A stretch of DNA of 64,000 nucleotides, from the NCBI RefSeq assembly GCF_006345805.1, contig NC_043009.1:71734001-71798000 (forward strand), in the 5' to 3' direction. The stretch is from Octopus sinensis. Lineage: Eukaryota. The notes beneath the pieces were generated by a model. That model was not told the origin of the DNA and searched no databases. It worked only from the letters and a program-made list of their open reading frames with translations. This document shows, piece by piece, positions 1 to 12,667 of this stretch (its first letter is position 1; the number at the start of each line of letters is the position of its first letter). The position numbers and the translations under genes were made by a program.

Positions 1-356
1 TCCAACACTAATCAACAGAAAGGATTCTACTCATATGATGAACCCCTTAAATTATTCATTGCTACACAACGTTCCATGCGACTGTGTATAACTAAGCAGA
101 GTAATATAACTATTTCACCTGAAAAAACAAGATTTTTTGAAATGTTTTACAAAATATTATCACAAAAACGAATTCTATAGAGGAAGCCATAATAAAGTCA
201 TTGTATCTGATTGATTTACTGATCTTATAACAGTAAACCGATCAGAAGTTTTATAGAATATTAGACATTTACAATATCTCGACTGTTCACATTTTATAAC
301 TCAATTTCTGTCTCTTTTCACACGAAAATCAATGGCTGATGCTTGGTTGCCAATAG

Positions 357-359
<3 letters not shown>

Positions 360-401
<42 letters not shown>
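360..401. repeat. (TA)n microsatellite
   Basis: About 20 perfect TA units. Confidence 0.95.
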
Positions 402-405
<4 letters not shown>

Positions 406-473
406 AACAGACCTCATTTGTTAATTTTTTTCATAAATATATTATTATACATTATATTATACATTATATTATA

Positions 474-3274
474 AACTGCTAAGGGCCACTGACCAGATCT
501 GTGGATGGTGCAAAATCCCCTCTCGACCCAAGGTAATGTGGTGGTGGAACAATGTGGTTGACAGGGCTATTAGACAAAAGAAACAGGCTTGGAAGAACTG
601 GAAGAATGAAGGTAGCAGGGAATTGTATCAGACTGCCAAAAGAAAAGTTAGGAGACAGGTCTATTTAGCCAGAGGGGAAGCAGATAAGAAGAAATTTGCC
701 AATGTTCTGCGCCGTGAGGACCAAAGACTTGAGGTGTTTCGTGTTGCAAGACAGTGTGTGAGAGAGAATTGTGATGTCGTAGATGAGAAATGTGTCCGTA
801 TGGATGATGGTTCACTTGCACTAAACGAGGCTGTAAAGAGAGAGGTTTGGAGATGCCACTATGAAAGGTTGCTCAATAAAGAAAATGAATGGGAGAAAGA
901 GAGTCTGCCGAATGTCGACCCAACAGAGGGACCAGCTATCTGAGTTGACAGTACCTTGGTAGATAAAGCAATCAAGAGTATGAATGCAGGGAAAGCCCCA
1001 GGCCCATCAGGAATCACTACAGAGATGCTCAAAATATCTGGCAGTGTTGGCTATACCCTAGTCACCCATAAAGTTAACCAGGTGATACAAGAAGGAGTCA
1101 TATCCAATGACTAGAGTACCAGCACCATAGTCAACTGCTACAAAGGTGAAGGTGATGCTTTAGATATAAATAATTACAGAGGTATCAAGTTGTTGGATCA
1201 GGTAATGACGGTCACGCAGAGGGTCATAGCCCAACTAATTAGAGAGAGAGTCAGTTTAGATGAGATGCAGTTTGGGTTTGTGCCAGGGAAAAGCACCACT
1301 GATGCTATATTTCTGGTAAAACAGCTGCAGGAGAAATACCTAGCCAAAGATAAACTTCTGTACCTGGCTTTCGTTGACTTGGAGAAAGCCTTTGACAGGG
1401 TCCCCCGATCCCTTATCTGGTGGTCAATGAGGAAACTAGGGATAGATGAATGGTTAGTGAGAGCTGTGCGAGCCATGTACAGGGATGCCATCAGTAAAGT
1501 GAGGGTTGGCAACAAGTACAGTGAAGAATTCTAGGTAGAGGTAGGGGTCCACCAAGGTTCAGTCTTCAGCCCCTCCTATTTATCATAGTTCTCCAGGCAA
1601 TAACAGAGGAATTCAAGACAGGATGCAACTGGGAGCTCCTCTATGCTGATGACCTTGCTCTAATTGCTGAGTCACTTTCAGAACTAGAGGAGAAGTTTCA
1701 GGTGTGGAAGTGAGGATTAGAATCGAAGGGCCTTAGAGTCAACCTAGCTAAAACCAAAGTCCTAATAAGTAGGAAGGTAGACAAACCACAAACCCCTTCA
1801 GGTAGATGGCCCTGCTCAATCTGTAGAAAAGGCGTAGGTAGAAACTCTATAAGATGTACCCAGTGTAAGCTATGGACACATAAGAGGTACAGCAATGTCA
1901 AAGGAAGGCTAACTGGGAAGATAGTTTGTGTATGTGGCAGACGCTCAAGAGCAATAAATACTGAAAATGTGCAGAGAACAACTTCCGCCACATTCCAGGG
2001 AGAAAAACTAGAAGTAGTTGATAGCTTCCGTTACCTAGGTGGCCAAGTCAGTAGCGGGGGTGGGGGTGCTGAAAGTGTAGCTGCTAGAATAAGAATAGCT
2101 TGGGCTAAGTTCAGAGAGATCTTACCTCTGCTGGTGACAAAGGGCCACTCACTCAGAGTAAAAGGTAGACTGTATAATGCATGTGTATGAACAGCCATGC
2201 TACATGGCAGTGAAACATGGGCCGTGACTGCTGAGAACATGCGTAAGCTCACAAGGAATGAAGCCAGTATGATCCGATGGATATGTAATGTCAGTGTACA
2301 TACTCAACAGAGTGTAAGTACCCTGAGAGAACCTAAGAAGCATCAGTTGTGGTGTGCAAGACAGACGATTGTGTTGGTATGGTCATGTGGCAAGAATGGA
2401 TGAAGATAGCTGTGTGAAAAAGTGCCACATCCTAGTGGTTGAGGGAACCTATGGAAGAGGTAGACCCAGGAAAACCTGGGACGAGGTGATGAAGCATGAC
2501 CTTCAGACATTAGGCCTCACGGAGGCAATGACTAGTGACCGAGACCTTTGGAAATATGCTGTGCATGAGAAGACGTGGCAGGACAAGTGAGACCATAATG
2601 CATGGCCTTTACCAGGGATGTAGCCAGCCCACTTATGCATACCTTTCCTTCTTTGGACACAAAACTCTGCTTGCAAAGACCTTTTGAGGCAAATGAAATC
2701 GAAATTGAATTCGAAATCAAACCGAATTCGACAAATGGCACCCATGCAAACCTCCCTTCATTGGACACTAAACTCTGCTTGCGAAGACCTGTTGGGGCAA
2801 GTGAAATCGAAATTGAAATAATTCGATGACTGGTACCTGTGCCAGTGGAGTGCTAACAGCTCCATCCGAGTGGGATCATTGCCAGAGCAGCTGTCTGACT
2901 TCCATGCCAGTGGCATGTAAAAAGCACCATTTGAACATGATCGTTACCAGCATCGCCTTACTGGCACTTGTGCCAGTGGCACGTAAACAAAACATTCGAG
3001 CGAGGTCATTGCCAGTGCCACTTGACTGACTCCTGTGCAAAGGGGCATGTAAAAAACACCATTTCGAGCATGGCCGTTGCCAGTACTGCCAGACTGGCCC
3101 TCATACCAGTGGCACTTTAAAAGCACCCACTACACTCTCGGAGTGGTTGGCGTTAGGAAGGGCATCCAGCTGTAGAAACTCTGTCAGAGCAAATTGGAGC
3201 CAGGTGCAGTCATCTAGTTCGCCAGTCCTCAGTCAAATCGTCCAACCCATGCTAGCGTGGAAAGCGGACGTTAA

Positions 3275-3309
<35 letters not shown>
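474..3309 (+). mobile_element. RTE-clade LINE, 5'-truncated and decayed (RT region of ORF2 plus 3' UTR)
   Basis: ORF fragments 536-943, 1190-1534, 1969-2190, 2197-2403 and 2354-2590 carry RTE ORF2 motifs: QFGFVPGKSTTDAIF, AFVDLEKAFDRVP, YADD (1642-1653), FRYLG, HGSETW, RRLCWYGHV, RGRPRKTW. Several premature stops (e.g. 941, 1532, 1711, 2188) and a frameshift near 2330. Ends in (GAT)n. No endonuclease domain is present. Confidence 0.93.
2830..3130 (+). repeat. ~65-69 bp tandem unit x5 in the RTE 3' UTR
   Basis: Motif resembling TGCCAGTGGCACGTAAAAAGCACC recurs near 2833, 2902, 2971, 3034 and 3102. Confidence 0.75.
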
Positions 3310-4197
3310 ACATATGCATTTAAACTTACGCAGATACACGCACACACACACACACACACACGTGTGTGAGTGTCTATGTATGTAAGATTCAAGTAAAGAG
3401 CTTGTAGGATGCTTTACAAAGCTTCTCCACCGTTATTGGCTACCTGGTATCATCCTACATTGGACATGTTCGTATTACTGGATGTAAATCAAGAATTCCA
3501 TAGTAACTGTAGAGTTTATGTAAATAGACAGATGACAGAAAATAGAATTAGCAACATTATTTAAAATCACTACAATTGTTTTGACCCCCACACTTACACC
3601 GTTGCACAATCATTATCTCATAACCATGGTGTAAAATGTGCCTCCTCAGGCAACTGTTTAAATAAGTTAGATTCTCTTGCCATTTCACTACCCAGAGTGT
3701 ATACATACCCCGCCCCCTTGACATCACTCCTTCATTTCTATCAGGCATTCTGTATAACAAGGAACGTCATCAGACAGCATTTGCAAGGGTCCATAATTAA
3801 AATGAACCTGATGCAATCAGTGAAGGGTATTCAGCTGTAGAATTCATGCCAAGAATGGAATGTCTGAGAGAGGCAGAATCTCCAGTTATAATGTAATGAT
3901 CCATCCGACCCATGCCAGCATGGGAAGCAGGTGTAAAATAACATTGAAGATGATGATGATGATGTGTATGTGTGGGGGGGGGAGGTGCATAGGTGCAAGA
4001 ATTGTTTGTATTAAGTGCATCCCTTTGTTGGTGGATCAACCAAGAGTTTACAACCGACATTCTGGTGCAAGGGAATGCTTGAGATAAAATCATAGTCTTT
4101 GGAAAACTTCTTTACTTAAATACAATCTGATGATTGCCTTATTGGCAAGAAATTTAAAGTAATAGAAAATTAGCCGACTTTATTAATAATGGTATAA

Positions 4198-4267
4198 ATA
4201 CACACACACACACACGATATACACAACACACACACACACACACACATACACACTCACAAACAACACA

Positions 4268-4308
<41 letters not shown>

Positions 4309-4549
4309 CATACACAACACACTCACACACACACAAACACACACACACACACTCACAACACACACACACAAGTTTTATCAAGATAGATTTGAAAGTAGAA
4401 ATGATTGTTGCAGGTTCAGTGAAGAAAGTCAAGGAAAAGTGTGTAGGTTTGATGATGAATAGGAAACTTGAATATGGGAGGCGGCCGAACCCACTGTGTG
4501 GCAGGGATATAAATTTCCTTGATAAGTAGCAAAGCATAGAATCACACTA

Positions 4550-4592
<43 letters not shown>
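4198..4592. repeat. (CA)n-rich tract (4198-4370) and (GT)n tract (4551-4592)
   Basis: Direct inspection. Confidence 0.9.
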
Positions 4593-4594
<2 letters not shown>

Positions 4595-5389
4595 TGCACG
4601 CAGGTGTTTGAGAAGATAAATAGATGCAAGAAATTGAAAGATGAATGGCAAGAGAGGAAGAGAGCCAGTGAAAGGGAGAGAGATAGTGAGTACATATAAG
4701 GGGGGGGGGAAGAGAGAAAGAGAGAATCACAAAGCAGCCAACATTAGATAGACAGTTAAACAGCAATGAGGGTGAAAATGGCTGAACAGACAGATTCTTG
4801 AGTAAAGATTATGAAGCCGGGGGGGGGGGGGGTGAGAATCAGCTGTGAATGTCTTGCTTCAGACATTTTGTTTGGTCTAAATCACAAAACACACACAGAG
4901 ATAAGGGTGGGTGGCTTTGCCTGTTGTAGGGCAAAGGGGTACGTGTGGAGTGGATCCCTTCAATCCATGCCAGCAGAATGGATTGAAGGGATGTAAAAGA
5001 ATGATAGGGGTGGAGGTTGTGTTGGTGGAGGTTGTGTTGGTGATGATGATGTTGATATTGATGATGATGATATATTATGCTTTGCTCAGTGCACCTTCAC
5101 TATTAAGAATGGTTACTAAGTCTTCTAGAGAAAGTTAAATGTAAGAAAATGGCAAAACATCCGAGATAAGGTTTTACTACTGCTAATCCTTACAACTTGA
5201 ACTGAAGCAGATTAAAGGCCATAACAATCCTAAGAGGGAGAGAGAGGGAGAGGGAAAGCAAAGAGAGAGAGAGAGAGAGAAGGGGTGGGAGGGAGGGAGA
5301 GAGAGTAGAGAGAGGGAGAGAGATAAAAGAGAGTGAAGGTTGTTGCTAAGATACAGTTGGCAAAGGGTTAAATCCTTTTGTCTGAATTG

Positions 5390-6900
5390 CCTGCTTTATG
5401 AGCCACACATTTTGGCCAAAGTGCCTGGTATTTGTTTTTGCTAGTGTAGTCAGGAAATCACAGTTCTGTGTGATTCTTGGCAGACTTATCCATAACAATT
5501 GCCACCTGAAGCGATGTGCTATGGAGCAGGTGGATGATAAACTTAGCTTTGGTGCAATTCTAATACTTTGGGATCAACCGAAAGCTTCCTATAAAGTCAA
5601 CTATTGGCCCTTTTGTTGCTGCCCCAGTCTGTCCAGTCCCAATGTAGAACCGCATCAGAGATCAAAGTAAATGGTCAACCATGGAAAAGGTTTCAGATCT
5701 CAGGCTCAGATTGTGAAAGGTGTCCGCACTCATCACTCTTTCATGTTGTGGCTTTTGAGCAGCCATTGTTGCAAAAGCTAGAGGTATGGACAAGTGTTTC
5801 TCTTGAACATGGACAGTAATATCAGTAGACAACATCCCATGATCTCACTGGACACTTCAGAGTGACCAGAGTCATCCAGGAATGGGGTGGTGGCTTTTCA
5901 GGTGAGATCACACCTTTCTTACATGCCAGGCCCCAGTTTTTTTTTCCAATCAGATTAGAGTTTCTGCTTTTGCACTTCTTATGGAATGAATGCATTCCTC
6001 GTATCAGAAGGTTTATTTGCTGCCAATACCACTTGTGCAACAAAATCAAGATGCCATAGGTTAAGATGCAGAGGCATGTAAGGCAGTGAGATCTGCAAAA
6101 CTTTGGGAGACAGGAAGAAGTTGGTGTGGTCACTGTTTGTCTGACATGTCTTTCCACAATTTGGTTTTTTGATGAAGCTTTAGTCAATCTTTAGTCGGGG
6201 AAAGACAAAGATTGAGTGTCTGGCATTTGAAATTTTGTCAAGCACTCAGTTTTATACCAGTCAATGGTAGATCAATATTTGTATTCTGTAGAGGATTAGT
6301 AACACTGGACTCAGGCTGACCCTACATATTGACAAAGATCAACTGAATAACACTTTGGAGAATATTCATTGAATGGGAGGATTTTTGGAAGCTGTCCATG
6401 ATTTATGGACAACTTCCAGAAATCATTAACCAGTTAATGCTACTGGGAAGACTTGTTGACTTGGAATAAATTCTACAGGAATGGTAATTGCCATCAGCAA
6501 GACCTATCCATGATGTGTGCAGAGTAATAAAAGTATTGTATGCTCACTTGTTTGATATTTGAGCATTGGTGAGTCGCTAAATGAAACAGTTGTCGCTGCA
6601 TGTTTGACAGACCTGACTAATAAACATGAGAAGCCCCTTGTCATTTTCTTGCTTCCCTGCAGTGAATTCGCTGTGGGTGAGAACCACAAGACAAAACAGG
6701 AACATGTTAACACTCACCATCAGTTAAGATCAGAAGTCATCATTTTATCCGGTCGTAGCAGGTATTAGTTTCCATGAAGTCATCGTTCAGTTGAGATTTT
6801 GGCTGACAAATTTAAGTAGAAAAAAAATGAATAAGTTTTTACCTTTTTGCAGGAATTTACAGGCATTGCAAATGAATTGACAACCTTCTCGACCAATCAT
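5390..6900 (+). mobile_element. Highly decayed Tx1/L1-clade LINE ORF2 remnant (RT to C-terminal zinc knuckle)
   Basis: Colinear fragments across frames match Tx1-type ORF2: GRLIHNNCHL; LWDQPKASYKVNY (DQxKAFDRV-like, ~5570-5600); CPHSSLFHVVAFEQPLLQKLE (GCPLSPLLYVLALEPLLRKL-like); LLLHFLWNECIPRIRRFICCQ; LVWSLFV*HVFPQ; P*CVQSNKSIVCSLV (CPRC...H-like, ~6510-6550). Many stops and frameshifts. Confidence 0.75.
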
Positions 6901-7237
6901 ATATCTCGATATATCAATATGTCTACAATATGTTTGAAATCCACCCCACCCCACCCACCCCCATTCACACACTCAAAATAAATCTCTTTTGCGAACGTCT
7001 GCCCCACCACTCTCTCCCTGTGTTCATAACCATCAAATGAGACAAATTCTTCAGCCGTGAATCAATGATGGAACCTCTACATGGTTGCTCAACCTACTAG
7101 AAATAACAGCTGATTTCCCTTCTGTCTTTGAAAAACAAGTTAAGTTAGATGAGGTGATGTAGTCCAAAATAAACTATATCTTTAAAAAAAAATAAAAACC
7201 AATGAAATATCCACAAGCAGAGCACTTTGATCATGAC

Positions 7238-7239
<2 letters not shown>

Positions 7240-7277
<38 letters not shown>

Positions 7278-7410
7278 GCTTCCATCTACCAAATCCACTG
7301 AAGGCTTTGGTCAGCTTGAGGCTATTGTAGAAGACAATTACCCAAGGTGCCATGCAGTGGAACCGAACCCAGAACTAAGAGGTTATAAATCAAGCTTTTT
7401 AACCACATGC
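7240..7410 (-). mobile_element. tRNA-headed SINE family A, partial, with adjacent (CA)n
   Basis: Reverse complement of the family A head seen at 9891, 15358 and 31832. Confidence 0.75.
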
Positions 7411-7440
7411 CCATATCAATATATTTACACAAATGAAGCC

Positions 7441-7645
7441 AGCTAATGAGCAGAATCGTTAGCACACCAGGCAAAATGCTTAGAGACATTTCATCTGTCT
7501 TTGAGTTCAAATTCCACCAGGGTCGTCCTTGCCTTTCATACTTTCAGGGTCAATGAAATAAACACCAGTTGAGTATTGCAATCGATTTAATCAATGATCC
7601 TCCCCCCCGAAATTGCTGGCCTCGTGCCGAAATTAAAAACCGATA
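7441..7645 (+). mobile_element. SINE family B
   Basis: GCAGAATCGTTAGCAC...GAGTTCAAATTCC (B-box-like)...CCAGTTGAGTA; similar copies at 8161 and 58026. Confidence 0.7.
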
Positions 7646-8160
7646 TATTTACACATATGTACTGACCAATAAACATGCATGTAGAGTTTAAAGGATAGGG
7701 TGCAGGGGTGCGATATGCAGAAACAAGAGAGGAAAAGAAGGAAATGGTTTTGTGTAGGATCCAGGATGCGATAAGTCACGGAGATAAACTAAGATGTAAA
7801 AACGAGGAATGGTAAATTAGTATCTAAACAAAACTGCTGGTACACCCAGTATGGCTTTGGTTGCTAAAAGACCAAAGCATTGAATTAATTAGATTTGACC
7901 ATTCTTCGTATAAACCGAATTACCTCTCCAATTATATAACCTCTGAAATATTCCTGAAATAATGAAGATCAGATGTTGGTGAAACACTTGCAGGCTGTTT
8001 CTATTTAATCTAAAACTCGTTTGATAACGAGCTGCTCATCTGCGTCATTAATCCGATGCCCTGATAACGAAATATTAAGTGAAGAGTTTCCTACCCAAGA
8101 CTTTCCAAATTTCAGAATAGTTTTAACACAAATGATTGTTAATAATTATTGGTGCTTCTA

Positions 8161-8465
8161 AGGCAGCAACCTGGTAGAATTGTTGGTATACAGGACGAAA
8201 TGCTTAACGCCATTTCATCCGTCTTTACATCCTGAGTTCAAATTCTGCCAAGGTCGACTTTGGCTTTCATCCTTTTGGGGTTGATAAATTAAGTACCAGT
8301 TGCATACTGGAGTTGATCTAATCAACTAGCCCCCTTCCCCCAAATTTATATCCTTGTGCCTAGAGTAGAAAAGAATAAAATAAAGTACTAGTTGAGCACA
8401 GGGGTCAATGCCATTGACTTAAGCCCTCCCACCAAATTGCAGGCCTTGTGCCTAAATTTGAAATC
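8161..8465 (+). mobile_element. SINE family B with duplicated 3' part
   Basis: Same head and GAGTTCAAATTC box; the tail segment recurs at 8380-8465. Confidence 0.7.
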
Positions 8466-9171
8466 AATAAATATTGGTTCTTCAAATATTGTATTTTAAG
8501 AGAAATTAAAGAGAAAAACCAAAAGTTTGGATGAGATCTGAGACTTCTTTGAGATGAAACCATTCCTTTGCATTAAATCTATTAAAATATTTGGCAATTG
8601 TAGAATTTATTGATGTGTGTGTGTGTGCGGTGGCAGTGGTGGTGGTGGCAGTGGTGGTGGTGGCAGTGGTGGTGGTGGTGGTGGTGGTGGTGGTGGTGTA
8701 GCTAAGACTACATTATCCAATTGCACTTCTTTTTGAAGATGGTACAGTGTGAGCTGAGCAAGATTTTACTGCTATTTTAGCTAGTCAAGCAATCCTTTAA
8801 AGGCATTTGAATTAAGCTGGCATAGAGCGAAGTTATGTAGCTCACTGGATCTGATGAACAGAGGCTGTTATAGTAGCTGCAAAAGAGACAAAGAGAAGAC
8901 ACAGCACAGTATGTTGAGGAGTGGGTCTTTAACAATCAACCACTCGACCCTTTAAACAATGTAGGATGTTTGCATATAGCAGCAGCAACATCCTAGATGT
9001 TGCCAAATGTGACCCACACTGTCAAATATAAACTGATTAGTATTCTTCTTTATTTAACAGAGTCATTTTGCAATACGTTAATAGTCCTCAAAGTTTTTCA
9101 CTTTGTCGTGCACAGGTGATCAAGTAAAAAAAATTACAGGTGTACTTCACAATGGAACTAAAATATTTCTT

Positions 9172-9328
9172 GTGCACAAGCTGTGGTAAGAAGGTTGCTT
9201 ACCATCCACATGGTTCTGTGTTCAGTCCCACTGGGAAGTACCTTGGGCAAGTGTCTTCTACTATAGCCTCAGGCCAACCAAATCCTTGTGTGAGAATTTG
9301 GTAGATGAAAACTGAAAGAAGCCTGTCG

Positions 9329-9361
<33 letters not shown>
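9172..9361 (+). mobile_element. SINE family A head followed by (TA)n(GA)n
   Basis: GCTGTGGTAAG...GTTCAGTCCC...GGAAACTGAAAGAAGCC-type head. Confidence 0.75.
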
Positions 9362-9364
<3 letters not shown>

Positions 9365-9798
9365 CCCAGGAAGACATAGGATGAGGTGGTGAAGCATGAC
9401 CTTCGAACGTTGGGCCTCACAGAGGCAATGACAACAGACCAAAACCTCTAGAGATATGCTGTGATTGAGAAGACCCAGCAAGTAAAGTGAGATCACAGCT
9501 GTAGCCTATACCTGTGTCGCATAACCAGCCCACTCAAAAAGTACCATGGGTCGTAGGGTGACATGCTATGCTTGAGAAGACCTATTGAGTCAAGTAAATC
9601 AAAAATCAAAATTGAGATCAAATTAACCAGTGGCATGTAAATAGCACCCACTACACTCTCAGAGTGGTAGGCATTAAGAAGGGCATCCAGTTGTAGAAAT
9701 ATTGCCAGATCAGACTGGAGCCTGGTGCAGCCTCTTGGCTTGCCAGCCCTCAGTCAAACCATCCATCCCATGCCAGCATGGAAAGCAGACATTAGACA

Positions 9799-9833
<35 letters not shown>
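9362..9833 (+). mobile_element. 5'-truncated RTE LINE copy (ORF2 end plus 3' UTR, (GAT)n tail)
   Basis: Similar to 2462-2590 and 3120-3309. Confidence 0.85.
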
Positions 9834-9856
9834 ATATATATATATATATATATATA

Positions 9857-9890
<34 letters not shown>

Positions 9891-9892
<2 letters not shown>

Positions 9893-10047
9893 CACAGGCA
9901 TGGCTGTGTGGTACGAAACTTGCTTCCCAACCACATGATTCTGGCTTCAGTCCCACTGTGTGACACCTTGGGCAAGTATCTTACACTATAATCTCAGGCC
10001 AACCAAAGCCTTGTAAATGAATTTAGTGGGTGGAAACTGAAAGAAGC

Positions 10048-10083
<36 letters not shown>

Positions 10084-10249
10084 TATGCTTGTGTGTCTGT
10101 GCTTGTCTCCCCCCACTACCACCTGACAACCAATGTTGGTGTGTTTACGTCCCCATAACTTAGTGGTTCAGCAAAAGAGACCAATAGAATAAGTTCCTCA
10201 AGGTGGTGCCCCAGCATGGCCACTGTCTATTGACTGAAATAAGTAAAAG
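9891..10249 (+). mobile_element. SINE family A, full-length, with internal (TA)n
   Basis: A-box-like TGGCTGTGTGG at 9901, B-box-like GGCTTCAGTCCC, internal (TA)n at ~10052-10080, conserved tail ending GACTGAAATAAGTAAAAG. Confidence 0.85.
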
Positions 10250-11479
10250 CTATAAGATAAAAAGATTTAGAAAAATATGGAAAACTGTTGCAATGCTCCA
10301 GTCTGGCCTGGGATGCCAATTTCAAACGACTGTCTTACGTGTGCAGTTATGATGAACAAACAAGAGAACTTCTATGTCAGACACGGGCCACATGTAACAC
10401 TCTGACCACATGTAGCCCTTTATGACATGTAGGGCCACAACTAATGTTATGCTGTGGTAAACAAACTTTTTCTCAATAAAATTTGGGATTAATGTCTTTT
10501 TTTTTAATTTTATTTTTTAAATGTTTTTGAATTTCTTAAAATATTTTGTAATGTGGCATTTGGGTGATGTGGCTTCAATTGATGAAGAGTTAGAAAATAA
10601 TTCCCACCCATGCTTTGCATACTTGTTTAGCTGCCAAATCTCCCCGAGGTCCCTTTTCAGCATTTTACATGATTTCACCAAATTTATTCATATTTTTCAA
10701 AATTCAATCCCTTATTTTTTTGTAGCTTTGTAATTTCAAAGATGTGATTGTCTATTTTTAGAATGACATAGTAGGGTAGGTGTGTGAGGCCAGATCTGGT
10801 CAGTTTGAACGCAAAACAGGGAGAATATTTGGGGTGGACATGGGGCCAGTTTAAATATTAAAGGGTTATTATCTTAAACAGAAAATGTAGTCTTAAATGC
10901 ATTAAGTCTGCATTAATAAATAAATAGAATATAAAATCAAGAGGGGCTGGCCATGGCCAGAAGATCTTTTCACATGAGGTTTTACTAGATCTTCCTCACC
11001 CCTCCTCCTCCTCACTGAAGCATATTCATTTGATTTAAATGTATTTTCTCAACAGAATAGAATATGTTAGGCTGATGAGATCTCATAAGACCAAAACATG
11101 TATGAGGCTTTGACCAGATGGTTTTAAAGACAGATCCCTGCTGTGCAGACACCATTCCTCAAATCAAAAATTGTAATCAACTGATCTTAATGATGTTACC
11201 TTACTTGGTTTTAGACCATTTTTAAACACCCAAAAAGGGAGTTTTTGTTCACTAATTGCTTTGATAATCTCAACTAGTCCAAGTTTTCGACTCACAATAT
11301 ACGTGTGTGGCCCTCCTGTGTTTATTGTATACAGAATGCTCAACAAAGGTGTTTTCCTTTTTATTTTGAGTAGGAAGCTGGCGGCAATGCTGTCCACCCC
11401 TTCTCAAACTAACAGAATGGAATCGTCTATCAAAAGTTTTCTTTATCAACAGTCAGAATAAACCAAACAAGTCTTTGAG

Positions 11480-11744
11480 AGAGAGAGAAGAAGAAGAAGA
11501 AGAAGAAGAAGAAAGAGAAAAGAAAAGAGAAAAAGAAGTGCTACTCCCATTCTTTCTTTCTTTCTTCCTCTTTCTTCCTCCAACTACCACACAAGGAAAA
11601 TACATCAAGTGAAGAAATATGATGTGGCTGGTTGCTATAGAGAAGCTTTGAGTGGTGGTGGAGGGGCGGAGGAGAGATTGGATGGGGGCTGTGAGGGGGG
11701 GAGCTGCCACTACACAGCACCAGCAGCATGAGGGAGTGGTGATG

Positions 11745-11777
<33 letters not shown>

Positions 11778-12101
11778 TTGTCAGTTAAAGTGAGGGGAGG
11801 GAGGGGAGGAGGTTCAGAAGAAAAAGAGGGGGGGGGAGAAGTCAAGAAGAAGAAGAGAAGAAGAAGAAGAAAGAGAAAAGAAAAGAGAAAAAGAAGTGCT
11901 ACTCCCATTCTTTCTTCTTTCTTCCTCTTTCTTCCTCCAACTACCACACAAGGAAAATACATCAAGTGAAGAAATATGATGTGGCTGGTTGCTATAGAGA
12001 AGCTTTGAGTGGTGGTGGAGGGGCGGAGGAGAGATTGGATGGGGGCTGTGAGGGGGGGAGCTGCCACTACACAGCACCAGCAGCATGAGGGAGTGGTGAT
12101 G

Positions 12102-12134
<33 letters not shown>

Positions 12135-12235
12135 TTGTCAGTTAAAGTGAGGGGAGGGAGGGGAGGAGGTTCAGAAGAAAAAGAGGGGGGGGGAGAAGTC
12201 AAGAAGAAGAGAAGAGAAAAAGAAATTAAAACCTA
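11480..12235. repeat. Near-perfect tandem duplication, unit ~357 bp
   Basis: GTGCTACTCCC at 11538 and 11896; identical ORF starts at 11652 and 12009. Confidence 0.92.
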
Positions 12236-12280
12236 AAGGAAGAAAAAAGACAAAAAAACAACTTTTTATATTCTCATAAA

Positions 12281-12350
12281 CATCATCACCATCATCACCA
12301 TCATCACCATCATCACCATCATCACCATCATCACCATCATCATCATCATT

Positions 12351-12403
<53 letters not shown>

Positions 12404-12482
12404 CATCATCACCATCATCATCATCATTATCATCATCTTTAAATTACATATGTTCATTATCTCTATCATCATCACCATCATC
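12281..12482. repeat. (CAT/CAC)n trinucleotide tract
   Basis: Direct inspection. Confidence 0.92.
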
Positions 12483-12667
12483 TTTAGCATATTTTAACAG
12501 CTACTGATGCCATCATCATCATCATCATCTTCACTACCACCACCACCACCACCATCAAAATCCCCCTCCTCTACCTCATCATCATCATCATCATCGTTAA
12601 CATCTATCAACAGTGCAGAACTTCATCATCAGCAGAAATTTTGTTCTTTTCTCCCTACAACCAGCTG

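Noticed and set aside
3550-4100. Possible DNA transposon remnant (PPTK-DAL and CKCGG-like fragments, minus strand)
   Set aside because: The motifs are too short and scattered to support a call without a search.
11453-12202. 249-aa minus ORF and overlapping ORFs
   Set aside because: Low-complexity product of the 357-bp duplication and trinucleotide tracts; no recognisable domain.
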